From the NCBI GenBank assembly GCA_000091205.1, contig AP006488.2: DNA of 64,000 nt. One strand, 5' to 3'. This document shows positions 22,675 to 32,441 of the stretch, piece by piece. The stretch is from Cyanidioschyzon merolae (taxonomy: Eukaryota). Under the pieces are notes generated by a model. It was not told the DNA's origin, did not search any database, and saw only the letters and a program-made list of their open reading frames with translations. Position 1 is the stretch's first letter; each line of letters starts with the position of its first letter. Both the position numbers and the translations under genes were made by a program.

Positions 22675-25611
22675 TTACGCCGACCCGGACTTGTCCTCGA
22701 GGTCGCCTTGGAGCTCAACCATCACCTGAGACTTGCTGCGGCTTTTTCCTCGCTGTGCTTCCCACTCCTCTTGTCGACGACAGAATTCAAGCTGTTGCTC
22801 GCGAGCAAGTTTTTCCAGCTCCTCGATCTCGCGCTGTTCGACTTCGCGACGTTGCCGTACGGCGTCGGCCTGACGAGCGGCAGCAGCCTCCCGCTGCTGC
22901 TGGCGTTGCTGCAGCTCTTCGTGACGGCGCCGGGTGCGCTCCTGCGCTTCAGCCAGCAGCCTACGTGCATATGCCAAGCGATGTAGGCACCAGCTGCTAT
23001 TGGCGTGCGCAGCCTCCGCGGTAACCACTTTGTTTGTCGGACCAGCAAGCGATGGTTGCCATTGTCGAACGACATCGGTAGACACGGAACGTTGCATCTG
23101 ACGGAGGCTCATTTCCATGGCTCGGAAACAACCGCCAGCGCATTCCAGGAGAACCGTAGCTACCTCCGGGTCCGTACCGTGATCAGGACGGCTGAGTCGA
23201 ATGGAAGACTCTTGAGCAAGGGTCAATGACAAGTCGAACCATACCGACAAAGCGGAAGGTTGCAGGTGCAGAGCGCGCTGCAGGGTCTCCATGCAAGCCG
23301 CATACTGGCCAAGGCCGTAGTGTGCAGCTGCGAGTGCCATCAAGGCCCCAGCATCGTACGGGGCGCTTTGAAGACGATCATCAAGAAGACGTATGGCGTT
23401 TCGGAGCGAGGCCACGACAGCGGAACCACGCGACAAGTGCACAGCTATGAGATTCGCCCGAGCACATTCCATGATTTTGGGTTCCGCCGAAGCAACTGCA
23501 CCTAACTGGGCCACCGCACAGAGGGCCTCCTCGGCTTCACTCAAGAGATTCATTTCACGGAAGTAGACTCCGAGAAGTTGCATCGCAGCGACATTATCAT
23601 GCGCGCGCTCTAGAACACCCAATAGCAGGTTTCCCGCAGCTACGAGAAACTTGTGACGGCGGCTCTGATGATGGCGAGCAGTCGCTCGTGCCAAGGTTAC
23701 ATAATACGCAGCAGTGACGAGATCGCAGTAATTTCGAGCTTGGTATCGCGTTTCCAAGTCCTTGCGTAGTTTCTTTCGACGGATAAAGTACTCGAACCAT
23801 GCTTGTGCCTCGTCAACACGGCCACGAGACTGTGCCAAAAAAGCCAAAGCCGTCACAGCTCGCGGATTCGGGAGCACTTGACGATACAGGTCCTCGGCAG
23901 TGTTCAAGTTCCGGTGAAGGTGCTCGGCTAAGACGCCTAGACGCAGCGTGGCATCCTCGTACTCAGGAAATTGTTCATGGATCGTGCGGTAGATGCTCTC
24001 GGAGCGCGTTAGATCGCCCAGTGACTCAAGCAGCCGCCCGAGGTTGTAGCTCAGGGTCAGGTGCCACGGACGCTTGCGGATGAACGCCACCTCAGGGAGC
24101 CAGGTTCGCAACGACAGCCCCTGATCGCCGGTAACCAACTGAAGCGCCCGCTCCAAAGCAATATATGCCTCGTTATACTGACCGAGGCGTACTCTCAAGG
24201 CAGCAATGTTGTTCCAGACAATCGGATCATCCCAGTGTTTCCCCAAGCGCGAGTAAAGCTGCAGCGCGAATGCCGGATCCAGTCGATCCATCAGTTCCGC
24301 GTACACAGCGAGCGCCTCTGCCGGTAGCTGCTCCAAATCCGTGCCCTGCAGTAACTCGAGTGCATGCTGCTGCGCCTGCTCGAGTGCCTTGCGTGACGCC
24401 TGCTCATCCGCTGCTTTCTCCTGGAGAATAACAGCAGAAAGCGCCCGGAGATAGGCATCCAGCCGAGCGGGGAGCGCACGCGACCCCTGTTGGCGAACCC
24501 GCTCTATTTGATCCATTGCTTGATCGAGCGCGTTTCTCCGCAACAGCGAATACGCAAGTGCCAAGCGGGCAACTGCCATCTCAGTCCAATGCTGGATACT
24601 GGTACCGTAGTGCGTTTCAGCCTCAATCCAGTCGCCGCGTCGTTCTCGCCAGCGACCGAGCAGGTATTCGGTACGTGCTGCGGCCCTGTGTGTGGCGGCT
24701 TTCCAGGTGTCCGGTTCAACTGCTCCCAGGAATCGAAACGCACGCTCTCGATGCTCGTGTACGATCGCATTACGGATTCGAAGCTCTTGGGGATAGAGCA
24801 CGAACGCCTCGCGAAGCAGCTCCTCAGCGACAGCACGTGCAGCTGCGGTATCCTTTGCCTCCGACGATGGACCGTGCGTCGGGGCCTCGAGAGCTCGCAA
24901 GCACACCCAGAGGCCCAGTAACGTATCTGGATGTGGATATGCGTCGTCTGCATCCGAATAGTGCATAACGCTCCGATCGATCCGCTCGCACTCCATCGAA
25001 AGACGCCAGCTGAGCACGCGTGTAGCGTCGAGCAACTTGCCGGCGGCAGCGAGCGCGTATGCGTATGAACACCACCATTCCGCTGGTGATGCCTCACCGT
25101 ACATCCAGAGCGCATCCGCATACCAGGCTGCAGCCTGCTGGGCTAGGTGCGGCTCGATGACGCTCCGTTCGAGGAGCACCCGCCCGAGGCCAACTCGAGT
25201 CAAGAGCAGAACAACAGGGCTTGTCTGCGGTTGGACTGCACGAGCGCTCGCTTCGAAGAGTTTCTGTGCCCCCAGGGTGTCCTCCTGAGCGAGGTGAACG
25301 AAGCCTTGCCAGACTGGTGCTAACTGCGCAGCTGCACGGTCGGTTTGAGCGAGTAACGAGGGCTCGAGCTCGACCTGCTCGGCTGCCAGCGTCACACCGA
25401 GTGCAGCCTCCAGCACTGCCGCAGCTTGAGGCCATGTTGAGCGTGCGGACTGCACAAGACGCACGGCTTCGTCCCACTGACGCTCTGCACAGGTGTTCAG
25501 GAACCTGGAACGCCACTGGCTCCAGTTCGTCAACTGCTGTTCGGGCACGGCGACCTCGACGGTGCTGCTGCGTGCCTCGACGCCCGCACGAGGTGCGTTC
25601 ATTAAAGCCAA
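22675..25611 (-). CDS. Large TPR-repeat protein with a C-terminal charged coiled coil, possibly Ctr9/Paf1-complex-like. The ORF opens at TTG; the first ATG is ~25602.
   Basis: A 978-aa ORF with many 34-aa TPR-like units (e.g. WNNIAALRVRLGQYNEAYIALERALQL, ALMALAAAHYGLGQYAACMETLQRALHL). The C-terminus is an R/E/Q-rich heptad region. The Ctr9 assignment is a guess from architecture only. Confidence 0.7.
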   Translation of the reverse strand: MALMNAPRAGVEARSSTVEVAVPEQQLTNWSQWRSRFLNTCAERQWDEAVRLVQSARSTWPQAAAVLEAALGVTLAAEQVELEPSLLAQTDRAAAQLAPVWQGFVHLAQEDTLGAQKLFEASARAVQPQTSPVVLLLTRVGLGRVLLERSVIEPHLAQQAAAWYADALWMYGEASPAEWWCSYAYALAAAGKLLDATRVLSWRLSMECERIDRSVMHYSDADDAYPHPDTLLGLWVCLRALEAPTHGPSSEAKDTAAARAVAEELLREAFVLYPQELRIRNAIVHEHRERAFRFLGAVEPDTWKAATHRAAARTEYLLGRWRERRGDWIEAETHYGTSIQHWTEMAVARLALAYSLLRRNALDQAMDQIERVRQQGSRALPARLDAYLRALSAVILQEKAADEQASRKALEQAQQHALELLQGTDLEQLPAEALAVYAELMDRLDPAFALQLYSRLGKHWDDPIVWNNIAALRVRLGQYNEAYIALERALQLVTGDQGLSLRTWLPEVAFIRKRPWHLTLSYNLGRLLESLGDLTRSESIYRTIHEQFPEYEDATLRLGVLAEHLHRNLNTAEDLYRQVLPNPRAVTALAFLAQSRGRVDEAQAWFEYFIRRKKLRKDLETRYQARNYCDLVTAAYYVTLARATARHHQSRRHKFLVAAGNLLLGVLERAHDNVAAMQLLGVYFREMNLLSEAEEALCAVAQLGAVASAEPKIMECARANLIAVHLSRGSAVVASLRNAIRLLDDRLQSAPYDAGALMALAAAHYGLGQYAACMETLQRALHLQPSALSVWFDLSLTLAQESSIRLSRPDHGTDPEVATVLLECAGGCFRAMEMSLRQMQRSVSTDVVRQWQPSLAGPTNKVVTAEAAHANSSWCLHRLAYARRLLAEAQERTRRRHEELQQRQQQREAAAARQADAVRQRREVEQREIEELEKLAREQQLEFCRRQEEWEAQRGKSRSKSQVMVELQGDLEDKSGSA

Positions 25612-25873
25612 AGACTAGACAAGACTTAAAGAACCTCCTGCAAAGAGCGGAATCACAGACTCGAGAACCGGAACAGAGTACCAAACAGCTGTGAAGGAAC
25701 AACCCAGGAGTGTCCACGGAAACGCCTTTATAAGGACGTGGAGCACACACCACCACCGCCGTTCTAAGTCGAACGACGTCGGGCGTGTACAGTAGTGGCG
25801 AGAAACCCGCCTTGGACAAGAAATCTTCCACTGCGGTGTAGACGCCTTCCAGCCCTTTGAGAACGGCCACCCA

Positions 25874-26314
25874 CTACTGCTTCCAAATTTCTATCATATA
25901 GTTAAACATGAAGAGGTGTCCAATGAAGTTCTCTCTTGTCGACTCTGGAGGTCTTTTCTCCAGCACCGCACATCTCCTTATATTGATTGCGGCATTAAAG
26001 TCTCGGTTCACAAACTCCATACGTTTCTTGCAATTGATTGTACTTCCTAATGCAAGTAGCCCTCGAACTTTCGCCCTCCTTTCCATTTGCTCGTCTGTCA
26101 GCGGTCCGTACTTTGCGATTTCCTCAGGGCTCCGTTGGCACTTTTCCATCTCGACCCTATGAAGTATACAGTCCAGTCCATGGTGTATATACGATGTTCG
26201 AAACTCATCTACAGGTATTGTAACAAAACGCCTTGCCCACTCCTTGTACGTTCTTGTCGTTGGAGCTGGCGTAGTCCATTTTTTGGGTCTTCTAGCGCCC
26301 TGCTCCGTACGCTT
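25874..26314 (-). CDS. Fanzor-like nuclease, C-terminal segment. It carries a TS motif, a Cys/His cluster and the RuvC-III catalytic motif.
   Basis: The open frame reads ...TIPVDEFRTSYIHHGLDCILHRVEMEKCQRSPEEIAKYGPLTDEQMERRAKVRGLLALGSTINCKKRMEFVNRDFNAAINIRRC.... The '(N/D)RDxNAAxNI' element is the hallmark RuvC-III of TnpB/Fanzor/Cas12. The frame is offset from the middle segment by a ~90-100-nt putative intron (gtttgc...tag). Confidence 0.6.
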   Translation of the reverse strand, partial: KRTEQGARRPKKWTTPAPTTRTYKEWARRFVTIPVDEFRTSYIHHGLDCILHRVEMEKCQRSPEEIAKYGPLTDEQMERRAKVRGLLALGSTINCKKRMEFVNRDFNAAINIRRCAVLEKRPPESTRENFIGHLFMFNYMIEIWKQ

Positions 26315-26401
26315 CTACTAGCCTCTGATTTTCATCCTCCTTCAGGGCACTCAACTGATTGAAAAAATTCGCGAACGCCCGCTGCTTCCCACAATACAAA
26401 T

Positions 26402-27187
26402 TCATTCGCAAACGAGCCCACGGGGGTTGGTATACTTCTCCCACAGCGCATCCCAATGCGCCATGCGAACTTTCATGAACTCCCGAAAAGCTTCAAAGTC
26501 CGCCCCTCGGCTCGTCACCTCGCTCAAAGCTTCCAGGTGATCCTTCGTTCCTGAATTCCATGTAACGATTTTCTTCCTCGCATTCATGGTGCCCGATTCC
26601 CGATTGTATCTCGCTCTCGAGAACCTCAAAAGACGCATGTCTTTCTGACGTAAGTTACCATCAGTCCCATCTTCCGCACACTTTGGTACAGAGATGGTTA
26701 TGATATTTGTATTCCCAGGGTCCGCGGCAACGACAAAGTCGTTATCTTCCACTTTCTGGGTCGCAGGATCCGCCTCCTTCTTTTCTTCATCCTTCGCCGC
26801 GTCAAAGACAAAGTCGTTATCCTGCACTTTCTGGGTCGCAGGACCAGCCTCCTCCTCATCTTCATTCTTCGCCGCGTCAAACATAAAGTCGTTATCCTCC
26901 ACCTCCTGCGTCGCAGGACCAGCCTCCTCTTTGTTTTCTTCATGCATCGCCGTGCCAACGACAAGGTCGTTATCTCGCACCTCCTGCGTCGCAGGACCCG
27001 CCTTCTTCTCATCTTCATGGTTCGCCGAAGGCGGAACTGGCCGATCTTTCTTCAACCGCCGATAGTGTATACATAAGGCCACTCCATCGGTTTCGATCAC
27101 CCCCGTGAATACCTTTTGTTTGCTCACGTTGAGACGTTTGAAATCGAAGATACTCCTCCAGTACGTCTCCCGTTTTTCACCGGAGAA
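26402..27187 (-). CDS. Fanzor-like nuclease, middle segment. It carries a 24-aa x4 acidic tandem repeat and then a RuvC-I-like motif.
   Basis: '...[21 protein letters not shown]...' resembles the D-P-G RuvC-I motif of Fanzor (I/V-D-P-G). It is preceded by four copies of 'EEAGPATQ(E/K)V(E/Q)DNDF(M/V)FDAAK(N/D)E(D/E)'. Confidence 0.55.
   Translation of the reverse strand, partial: FSGEKRETYWRSIFDFKRLNVSKQKVFTGVIETDGVALCIHYRRLKKDRPVPPSANHEDEKKAGPATQEVRDNDLVVGTAMHEENKEEAGPATQEVEDNDFMFDAAKNEDEEEAGPATQKVQDNDFVFDAAKDEEKKEADPATQKVEDNDFVVAADPGNTNIITISVPKCAEDGTDGNLRQKDMRLLRFSRARYNRESGTMNARKKIVTWNSGTKDHLEALSEVTSRGADFEAFREFMKVRMAHWDALWEKYTNPRGLVCE
26715..27010. repeat. In-frame 72-bp (24-codon) tandem repeat x4 inside the Fanzor-like coding region.
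   Basis: The DNA unit '...aaagtcgttatcctgcactttctgggtcgcaggaccagcctcctcctcatcttcattcttcgccgcgtcaaagaca...' repeats 4 times. Antisense ORFs 26694-27065 (+) and 26698-27018 (-) are by-products. Confidence 0.8.
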
Positions 27188-27437
27188 TTACTCCCTGCTG
27201 ACATCGAACTCGGGACTGATCTCCCTCATGATGCCATGAAGGACTGCGGAGTCGGTAGTCACAAAATGTGACTTGATCTTGCACACTGGAACCACGTCGA
27301 AGCGCTTACCCATTCGGAAAGCCTTCCGTCTCTCCTACTCTTCATTTGTCTCTTCACTCAGCTTCATCTCTGCCTTGCGTTCGAACTCTCGCTCCAAAAA
27401 CACAAAATAGCGCACGATGAGGCGATAGTATCTTTCC

Positions 27438-28334
27438 TTACCTTTTTTTCAACACTGATATCTTTTCTGTTGGATTCGCCAGCCCCAGTACCGCACGGTG
27501 CTCTTGTATAACCGCGCGGATGACGGAGTCCTCATTTGTGCTCCTGCGTGACGTCTTCTTGTCGACGAATTCGACCTCACCTTCATGCTTGCGATCTTTC
27601 GTGATGCCATTGATAATCGCAAATTTTCCATTGCGAGACAGACCCGGGTAGAGTGCAAACACGGCGCGTATCATGAAACGTTCGAGGTTCGTTGTCAAAC
27701 GGTTCTTCAGGTTCGTAATGTACTTCATTGCCCCGTATGTGTAAATATCCTGGTCACCCTTGTATCGAGTACCATTGAAGCTGTAAAAGGGATGTTTTCC
27801 GTGGAGGGCATGCACCCGCTCATTTTCCATCCGCGCTTCCTTTGTACCAAGCATCAGCTGACGAATAAACTTCTTATCGAAAAACTCGTCTGGAATCTCG
27901 ACCGTTTCCATGTGCGTCACGTCGCGATACATCTCTCTCACCAAATGCATCAGTCCTGACGACGCCTTGACGATACTCTTGGAGTATGACGCAACACGTT
28001 TTTCGATAGCGTCTCGCAACTTTTCCCTGTAGGGATCCTTGATATGTCCAAGAAGAAAGGTTTTCACCACCATCTCGTTGTACAGCCGTCTTTCTTGCCG
28101 CCTTCGACGTAGGGCCTCTCCCTTTAGGTCCTTCTTCGCTTCCTTGTCTTCTGGACTCGGCACAGTTTTCGTTTTTTTCTGGTAGTCGGCGACCCTCGGC
28201 CTCCAGGATCGTCGACTTGCTTTTTCATAACTTTCCTTTTTTAGTTTTTTTTTGAAAAAGAAAGCTCCTGGAACGCTTCTGTTATATACTGCGAAAAAAC
28301 AATTGAATACACATGTTTGAGGTTTGAGACTCAA
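27438..28334 (-). CDS. Fanzor-like nuclease, N-terminal segment (298 aa). It ends at an AG|GTAAGG splice donor.
   Basis: Uninterrupted basic/charged N-terminal region. The ORF's TAA stop lies inside 'aaaaaaaGGTAAGG' (+strand ccttacc at 27436-27442), a consensus 5' splice donor. Confidence 0.55.
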   Translation of the reverse strand: MSLKPQTCVFNCFFAVYNRSVPGAFFFKKKLKKESYEKASRRSWRPRVADYQKKTKTVPSPEDKEAKKDLKGEALRRRRQERRLYNEMVVKTFLLGHIKDPYREKLRDAIEKRVASYSKSIVKASSGLMHLVREMYRDVTHMETVEIPDEFFDKKFIRQLMLGTKEARMENERVHALHGKHPFYSFNGTRYKGDQDIYTYGAMKYITNLKNRLTTNLERFMIRAVFALYPGLSRNGKFAIINGITKDRKHEGEVEFVDKKTSRRSTNEDSVIRAVIQEHRAVLGLANPTEKISVLKKR

Positions 28335-28711
28335 ATGAACTGAAAACTATACTTGGCTATGAAGTTAACGAAAATACAACTTTTACATTAGAGCTACATG
28401 CTAGATATCAAGATCACGTTTTCCTTCGACGGCGGCATTTTTTTCATAAACAAAACGTTTCCTTTGGCCAGCGTTCTCCGACTATGCGCGTTTCTCTTTT
28501 CTTACTTTTTTGTGTTTTCCAATGTGCGGTGAAGTATCCATCAAACAGCCTACTTCCAAGTTCCATTACCTATACTTCTTCTAGGATATTCTGGTCGTTT
28601 CATACGTCCTATCGGGTGTGCCTCGTACCTGCCTTTCTGTATTCGCCTTTGCACCTTAAATGCTGGAGCAGATACCTCATAGAGACAGAACGGCGTTGCC
28701 GTACCACAGAG

Positions 28712-28830
28712 GGCGTCGGCTCAAGGCGTGGTTCACCCGACGTAGAATCGGGTGTCGTTGTCTGTTTGTGCTCGGACAGTCTGCGGATGCAGGCCTGTCT
28801 TCGCTGTACGACACGCTGGAGACACTTGGC
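28712..28830. repeat. Dispersed repeat, copy 1 of a pair with 33806-33925. About 75% identical and in the same orientation.
   Basis: 'gtgctcggacagtctgcggatgcaggcctgtcttcgctgtacgacacg' aligns to 'gtgctcgcccagtctgcgtatgcagacctgccttcgcggcacgacggg' and the flanking ~60 bp. Both copies translate on the minus strand to similar peptides (RRQACIRRLSEH.../RRQVCIRRLGEH...). Confidence 0.6.
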
Positions 28831-30451
28831 TGTTAGGATAAATCGAGGGAGTCGCCTCCCTCCTTTGTGATCATGCATGGAATGCGTTGTCGTCGGTTGG
28901 CAATGCGGATTTGTGCTTGACACCCACCACAGTGGGTAGGCGCAGAAAGCGCACTGGCCCCGTGTTCGCATCCGATCCGCTGGACCTTCCGCCCAGAAGG
29001 TAGCATGTGAGTTTGTTCGCCATTAATGAGCGCTGAGGCTCCGTTAGCGGACCATCAGTTGCCAGTGCTGCACTCAAAGTGAGTGTCCGGCCTTCGCCTA
29101 TCACGGCGATGTCCAGCTGCTGCTGTCCTTCAAGGAGCTCGCTGCGCTCCTGTTTCCAGTGCGGGCACTATAAGCCTAAATATGTCAGCGTCTCGGGGGT
29201 CTGGTCTCCAGAGCAGGGACAGTGTGATTCCCAGTGCGATTCCGGTGTTTCCGTACGGCTTAGAGACGGTGCTAGTCAGAAACCACCAACGCGGATTTCG
29301 GCGATCCACTGGGTACCTCGAGCAAGTCCCGGGAATTCCAGCACCCACTACCAGTACTTGCATGTGTATGCTAGGGTGTAGTTCCGGATAGGGTCAAGCC
29401 GGCGTTACTTGCGCGACTGGTTCCATGTCTACATTCCCGTACTGTTGTTTGGACCGTTCGCTTCAGGCGACGGGAGAATTCTATATTTCTGGGGAACGAT
29501 TGGGTAGCGTGTTTTCGCGTAAGAGGCGCTTCAGCCAAATCTGCGCTGATTTCATCCAAGTGTTCTAGCGGTGCGTTGGGGTCTGCATGAAAATCCGACT
29601 GAACCAGGTGTACATGGTGGGCCCTTTGGCCCACACACGTGCCTGGCAGCCTGCTGCTATCGCTTCTATTGAGGGTATTTGGAGTTCAAGTCCGAGTGCC
29701 AGGCAGGTTGGTTGCTCTGCTCTGCATTGAGCATCCAACAGCAACAACGAGTCGCATTGCCCTGTTGGCGGCTATCTGCAGACGTGAGATATTTGTGTGG
29801 TTCATGCCGCACCATTCAGCACCCCAGGTCGCAGGCTGGATGATACACATCCTTAGCGCCCTGGTACGAATTGCTAAGGGGATAGAGGGGTCGGATGGGA
29901 ATGGGCGTGCGATCGCTGTACGTCTATGCATCTTGGCGATCATCTCGTCGATGTGTGCCTTTTCGTCGAGCGTCGGCGTGAGACAGACCCTGCAGATAGC
30001 GATATTTTTCCACGATTGGAATTTCCTGATTCTGCAACCGCCACGAGCGATTGCGAATGCTCTGCGAGTCTCCATGGATGAGCATGACGCCGCACTTCGA
30101 TGCTCCTACGTTCATCTTCCAGCGATCGACCCAGGTGCTGACTTGTTCCATGCTAGCCGCAAGCGTTTCCGGGGCGGATGCCAACAGCACGACATCGTCC
30201 GCAAGTAGAAGGCCTGCGAGGCGGTTCGTATGTGAGGGCTCCTCATCGGGCATCTCCACAGTCTATCCACGGCACCTCAAGCCCGTATTGTCTGCAGTTG
30301 TTCAGCAGATCGTTGATGAAGATGTTGAAAAGGAGCGGGGATGCGGGGTCGCTCTGTCGCAGTCCACGGCGGATTCTTATACGAGGGATTCATGAGCCGT
30401 CGCCCAGTCGGATGCGCATCCATGAGTCTGCATAGAGCGCCCGGAAGAATG

Positions 30452-31480
30452 CTAAGCACTTTTCGGAGACTCCGGCGCGTTCCATCTTGAGAAATAGAGC
30501 CTCATGCGGGACCGTGTCAAAGGCCTTTTGAAAGTCGATGAAGCATACATGAGGATCGGTGCGACCTCAACACTCCTACATACATCAGGGATGTATGCTT
30601 CTTCGAACATGCGTTGGATGAGCTCCAGAAGGCGTTTGCCCAGGATTCTGTCAGATTCATCTGGTATCGATGGTGTCCCTGTTGTCTCGTCTTTTGGGGT
30701 CGCCAGTTTCATCCACTCCGTCGCGATACCGTCGATGCCAGGTGTTTTGCGGTTGCTTGAGCATAGCAGGGTCCGAACAGATTCAGGCCAGAAGATTGGG
30801 TCGTTCCATACCGGTACCGGTTCGAGGCGCGGTAGTTCTGCAGCATATTGGTGCCGATAGATTCGGTTTTGGCAGTGCCCAGTTGCGTCTTCATGCAGCT
30901 CTGTCCCGTGGTCTGTGCAGGCCTCATTCACTGAGGCACTCTCCGTCCTCAGCGCTTCCTCATAAACGATTGGTGTGAGCCCCAGGCACTTTTTTGGTGG
31001 GTCAAGTCTCGATCGGATGTAGCGCCAGGTCTCATCTTCGTTGGTGCTCTCTAGCATAGATTTCGCCAGGGCGGCGATTTTGCGGCTTCGATCCTCTCGT
31101 TTGTCTTCTCTGGAAAGTTTCTTCTCTCTTTTGATAGCTTCCTCATGTTGTGCCTGTAGCGCCGGTAGCGCTGCCTTCGCTTCCATGTCTCCGGCGTTGG
31201 CGCGTATGGCGGTGCGGTTGACGATCTTATAGAGTCGGCGGTATTCATCAATCCGAGTTTTGGTACGTCGTTTCAGGAACTGAGGTTTGCAACTGTTGTG
31301 TTCTGGTCCAAGCAGTCCCAGCTCTCTGGCGGTCTTCTGATTCCCAGCTACAAACTCGCGTGCCAATTGGTCTAAAGATTTGCATGCACGGCTTTTCGGA
31401 TCTACAGCGCTGTGAGTAGGTGACTGGGTTTGGCGACGGCTTTCTTGAGTTCCTGCTCGGGTGCTCTTTCGGGGGATCAC
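30452..31480 (-). CDS. LINE ORF2 reverse-transcriptase N-terminal fragment.
   Basis: KTPGIDGI (RT domain 1) and ...RLLELIQRMFEEAYIPDVCRS... The RT continues in the shifted ORFs 29924-30259 and 29686-30075. Confidence 0.6.
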   Translation of the reverse strand: MIPRKSTRAGTQESRRQTQSPTHSAVDPKSRACKSLDQLAREFVAGNQKTARELGLLGPEHNSCKPQFLKRRTKTRIDEYRRLYKIVNRTAIRANAGDMEAKAALPALQAQHEEAIKREKKLSREDKREDRSRKIAALAKSMLESTNEDETWRYIRSRLDPPKKCLGLTPIVYEEALRTESASVNEACTDHGTELHEDATGHCQNRIYRHQYAAELPRLEPVPVWNDPIFWPESVRTLLCSSNRKTPGIDGIATEWMKLATPKDETTGTPSIPDESDRILGKRLLELIQRMFEEAYIPDVCRSVEVAPILMYASSTFKRPLTRSRMRLYFSRWNAPESPKSA

Positions 31481-31511
31481 TCATGATGGGCTCGTTTGGG
31501 AGTTCTTCTTT

Positions 31512-32441
31512 CTATTCTTCTGTTTTTTTCTTGCTGGTCTTTTTCTTCTTCGGGCTCTTTCCTGAGCTGCATTCTCTGCTTATTTTGCATCTAGGTGGAT
31601 CATGAGGTTTCTGTGCCTCCTTCTCCGTATCCCGTTGGGTCTCTTTCGCTATTGTAGATCCCTCTATTGTTGTCTCTTCTTCGTTAATGTACTGATAATT
31701 CGTTATCTTTTCTCGGAAGGCTGCAAGTGACTTGTTGGTTAGCATCCGGGCTTGGTATGTTGAGGGTGCACTTGCTGGTAACCCTTGCTGTGCGCTCTGA
31801 GTCGTGTCGGCTGCTGGTTCAGCATTTTGGTTCCTCGGGCGCGGGTACCATCTGCAATGGATGGGCCAGTGATCTGAGGCATCCCAAATTCGGTCAACGG
31901 CGGTTTGTAGGAGTGCCGGGTCGCATCGGTCGCTTAAGATGTGGTCTATCGATGAGCGAAGCAAACGTTGGTCGGTAATGCGGTGCCACGTCAGGGGTGA
32001 ACCTCTACACGGATTCACCGACAGGAATCCGCATCTCATTCGTTGTAGGTGTTGCCTAAGGTGGCCCGCCGACATGTTAAAATCTCCCATAATTATCATC
32101 GGTTCCTGATTCCGTGTGCGGCGTTTCAATCGCTGGATGTTGGAGGCCAACTCTTTGAGTGCCTGTTGGCGCATCTCTCCGGCGTGTGGTATATAAATGG
32201 AGCCCACAAGCCAAGGTGCAGGCTGACCTGGAATTGTAACACTCACAAAGACCATCCATGGAGACGGGTTGCCGACCGCATAGCAAGTGAGGCGTCGATC
32301 GACAGTGAGCGCCACACCACGTGTGCGTAACGAAGTTGGCTTCTCCGTAGGGTCTACGTATGTTGGTTCAAAGGTGTTGTCGCCTGGGGTATGCAGACGA
32401 TAATACGTCTTTGTGTTCTCTGAGTGTAGTGTCTCCTGCAA
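31512..32441 (-). CDS. LINE ORF2 endonuclease (APE/EEP) domain fragment.
   Basis: GDFNM, IDHIL and SDHWP motifs are typical of L1/RTE-type AP-endonuclease domains. Confidence 0.65.
   Translation of the reverse strand: MQETLHSENTKTYYRLHTPGDNTFEPTYVDPTEKPTSLRTRGVALTVDRRLTCYAVGNPSPWMVFVSVTIPGQPAPWLVGSIYIPHAGEMRQQALKELASNIQRLKRRTRNQEPMIIMGDFNMSAGHLRQHLQRMRCGFLSVNPCRGSPLTWHRITDQRLLRSSIDHILSDRCDPALLQTAVDRIWDASDHWPIHCRWYPRPRNQNAEPAADTTQSAQQGLPASAPSTYQARMLTNKSLAAFREKITNYQYINEEETTIEGSTIAKETQRDTEKEAQKPHDPPRCKISRECSSGKSPKKKKTSKKKTEE

Larger units (their letters stand above)
25620..28500 (-). mobile_element. Fanzor/TnpB-like (OMEGA-family RuvC nuclease) element, copy C, nearly intact. It has three coding segments likely joined by introns, and its 3' flank is the candidate omega-RNA region.
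   Basis: See the three CDS segments below. The element's 3' end abuts the promoter of the TPR gene. The 5' end lies ~400 bp from a diverged direct repeat. Confidence 0.6.

Noticed and set aside
25094-25870. 258-aa minus-strand ORF.
   Set aside because: It overlaps the N-terminal coding region of the TPR gene in another frame and runs into the Fanzor 3' flank. It is Arg/Ala/Ser-rich with no motif, so it is a spurious GC-rich ORF.
26694-27065. Ser/Ala-rich + strand ORF and Arg-rich - strand ORF (26698-27018).
   Set aside because: Both are by-products of the 72-bp tandem repeat read in other frames or antisense. The sense frame is the one continuous with the RuvC-I motif.
25874-28334. Interpretation as a bacterial IS200/IS605 TnpB (prokaryotic contamination).
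   Set aside because: The gene is interrupted exactly at an AG|GTAAGG donor. It is flanked by a LINE and eukaryotic genes with the same GC content. A eukaryotic Fanzor is the better fit.
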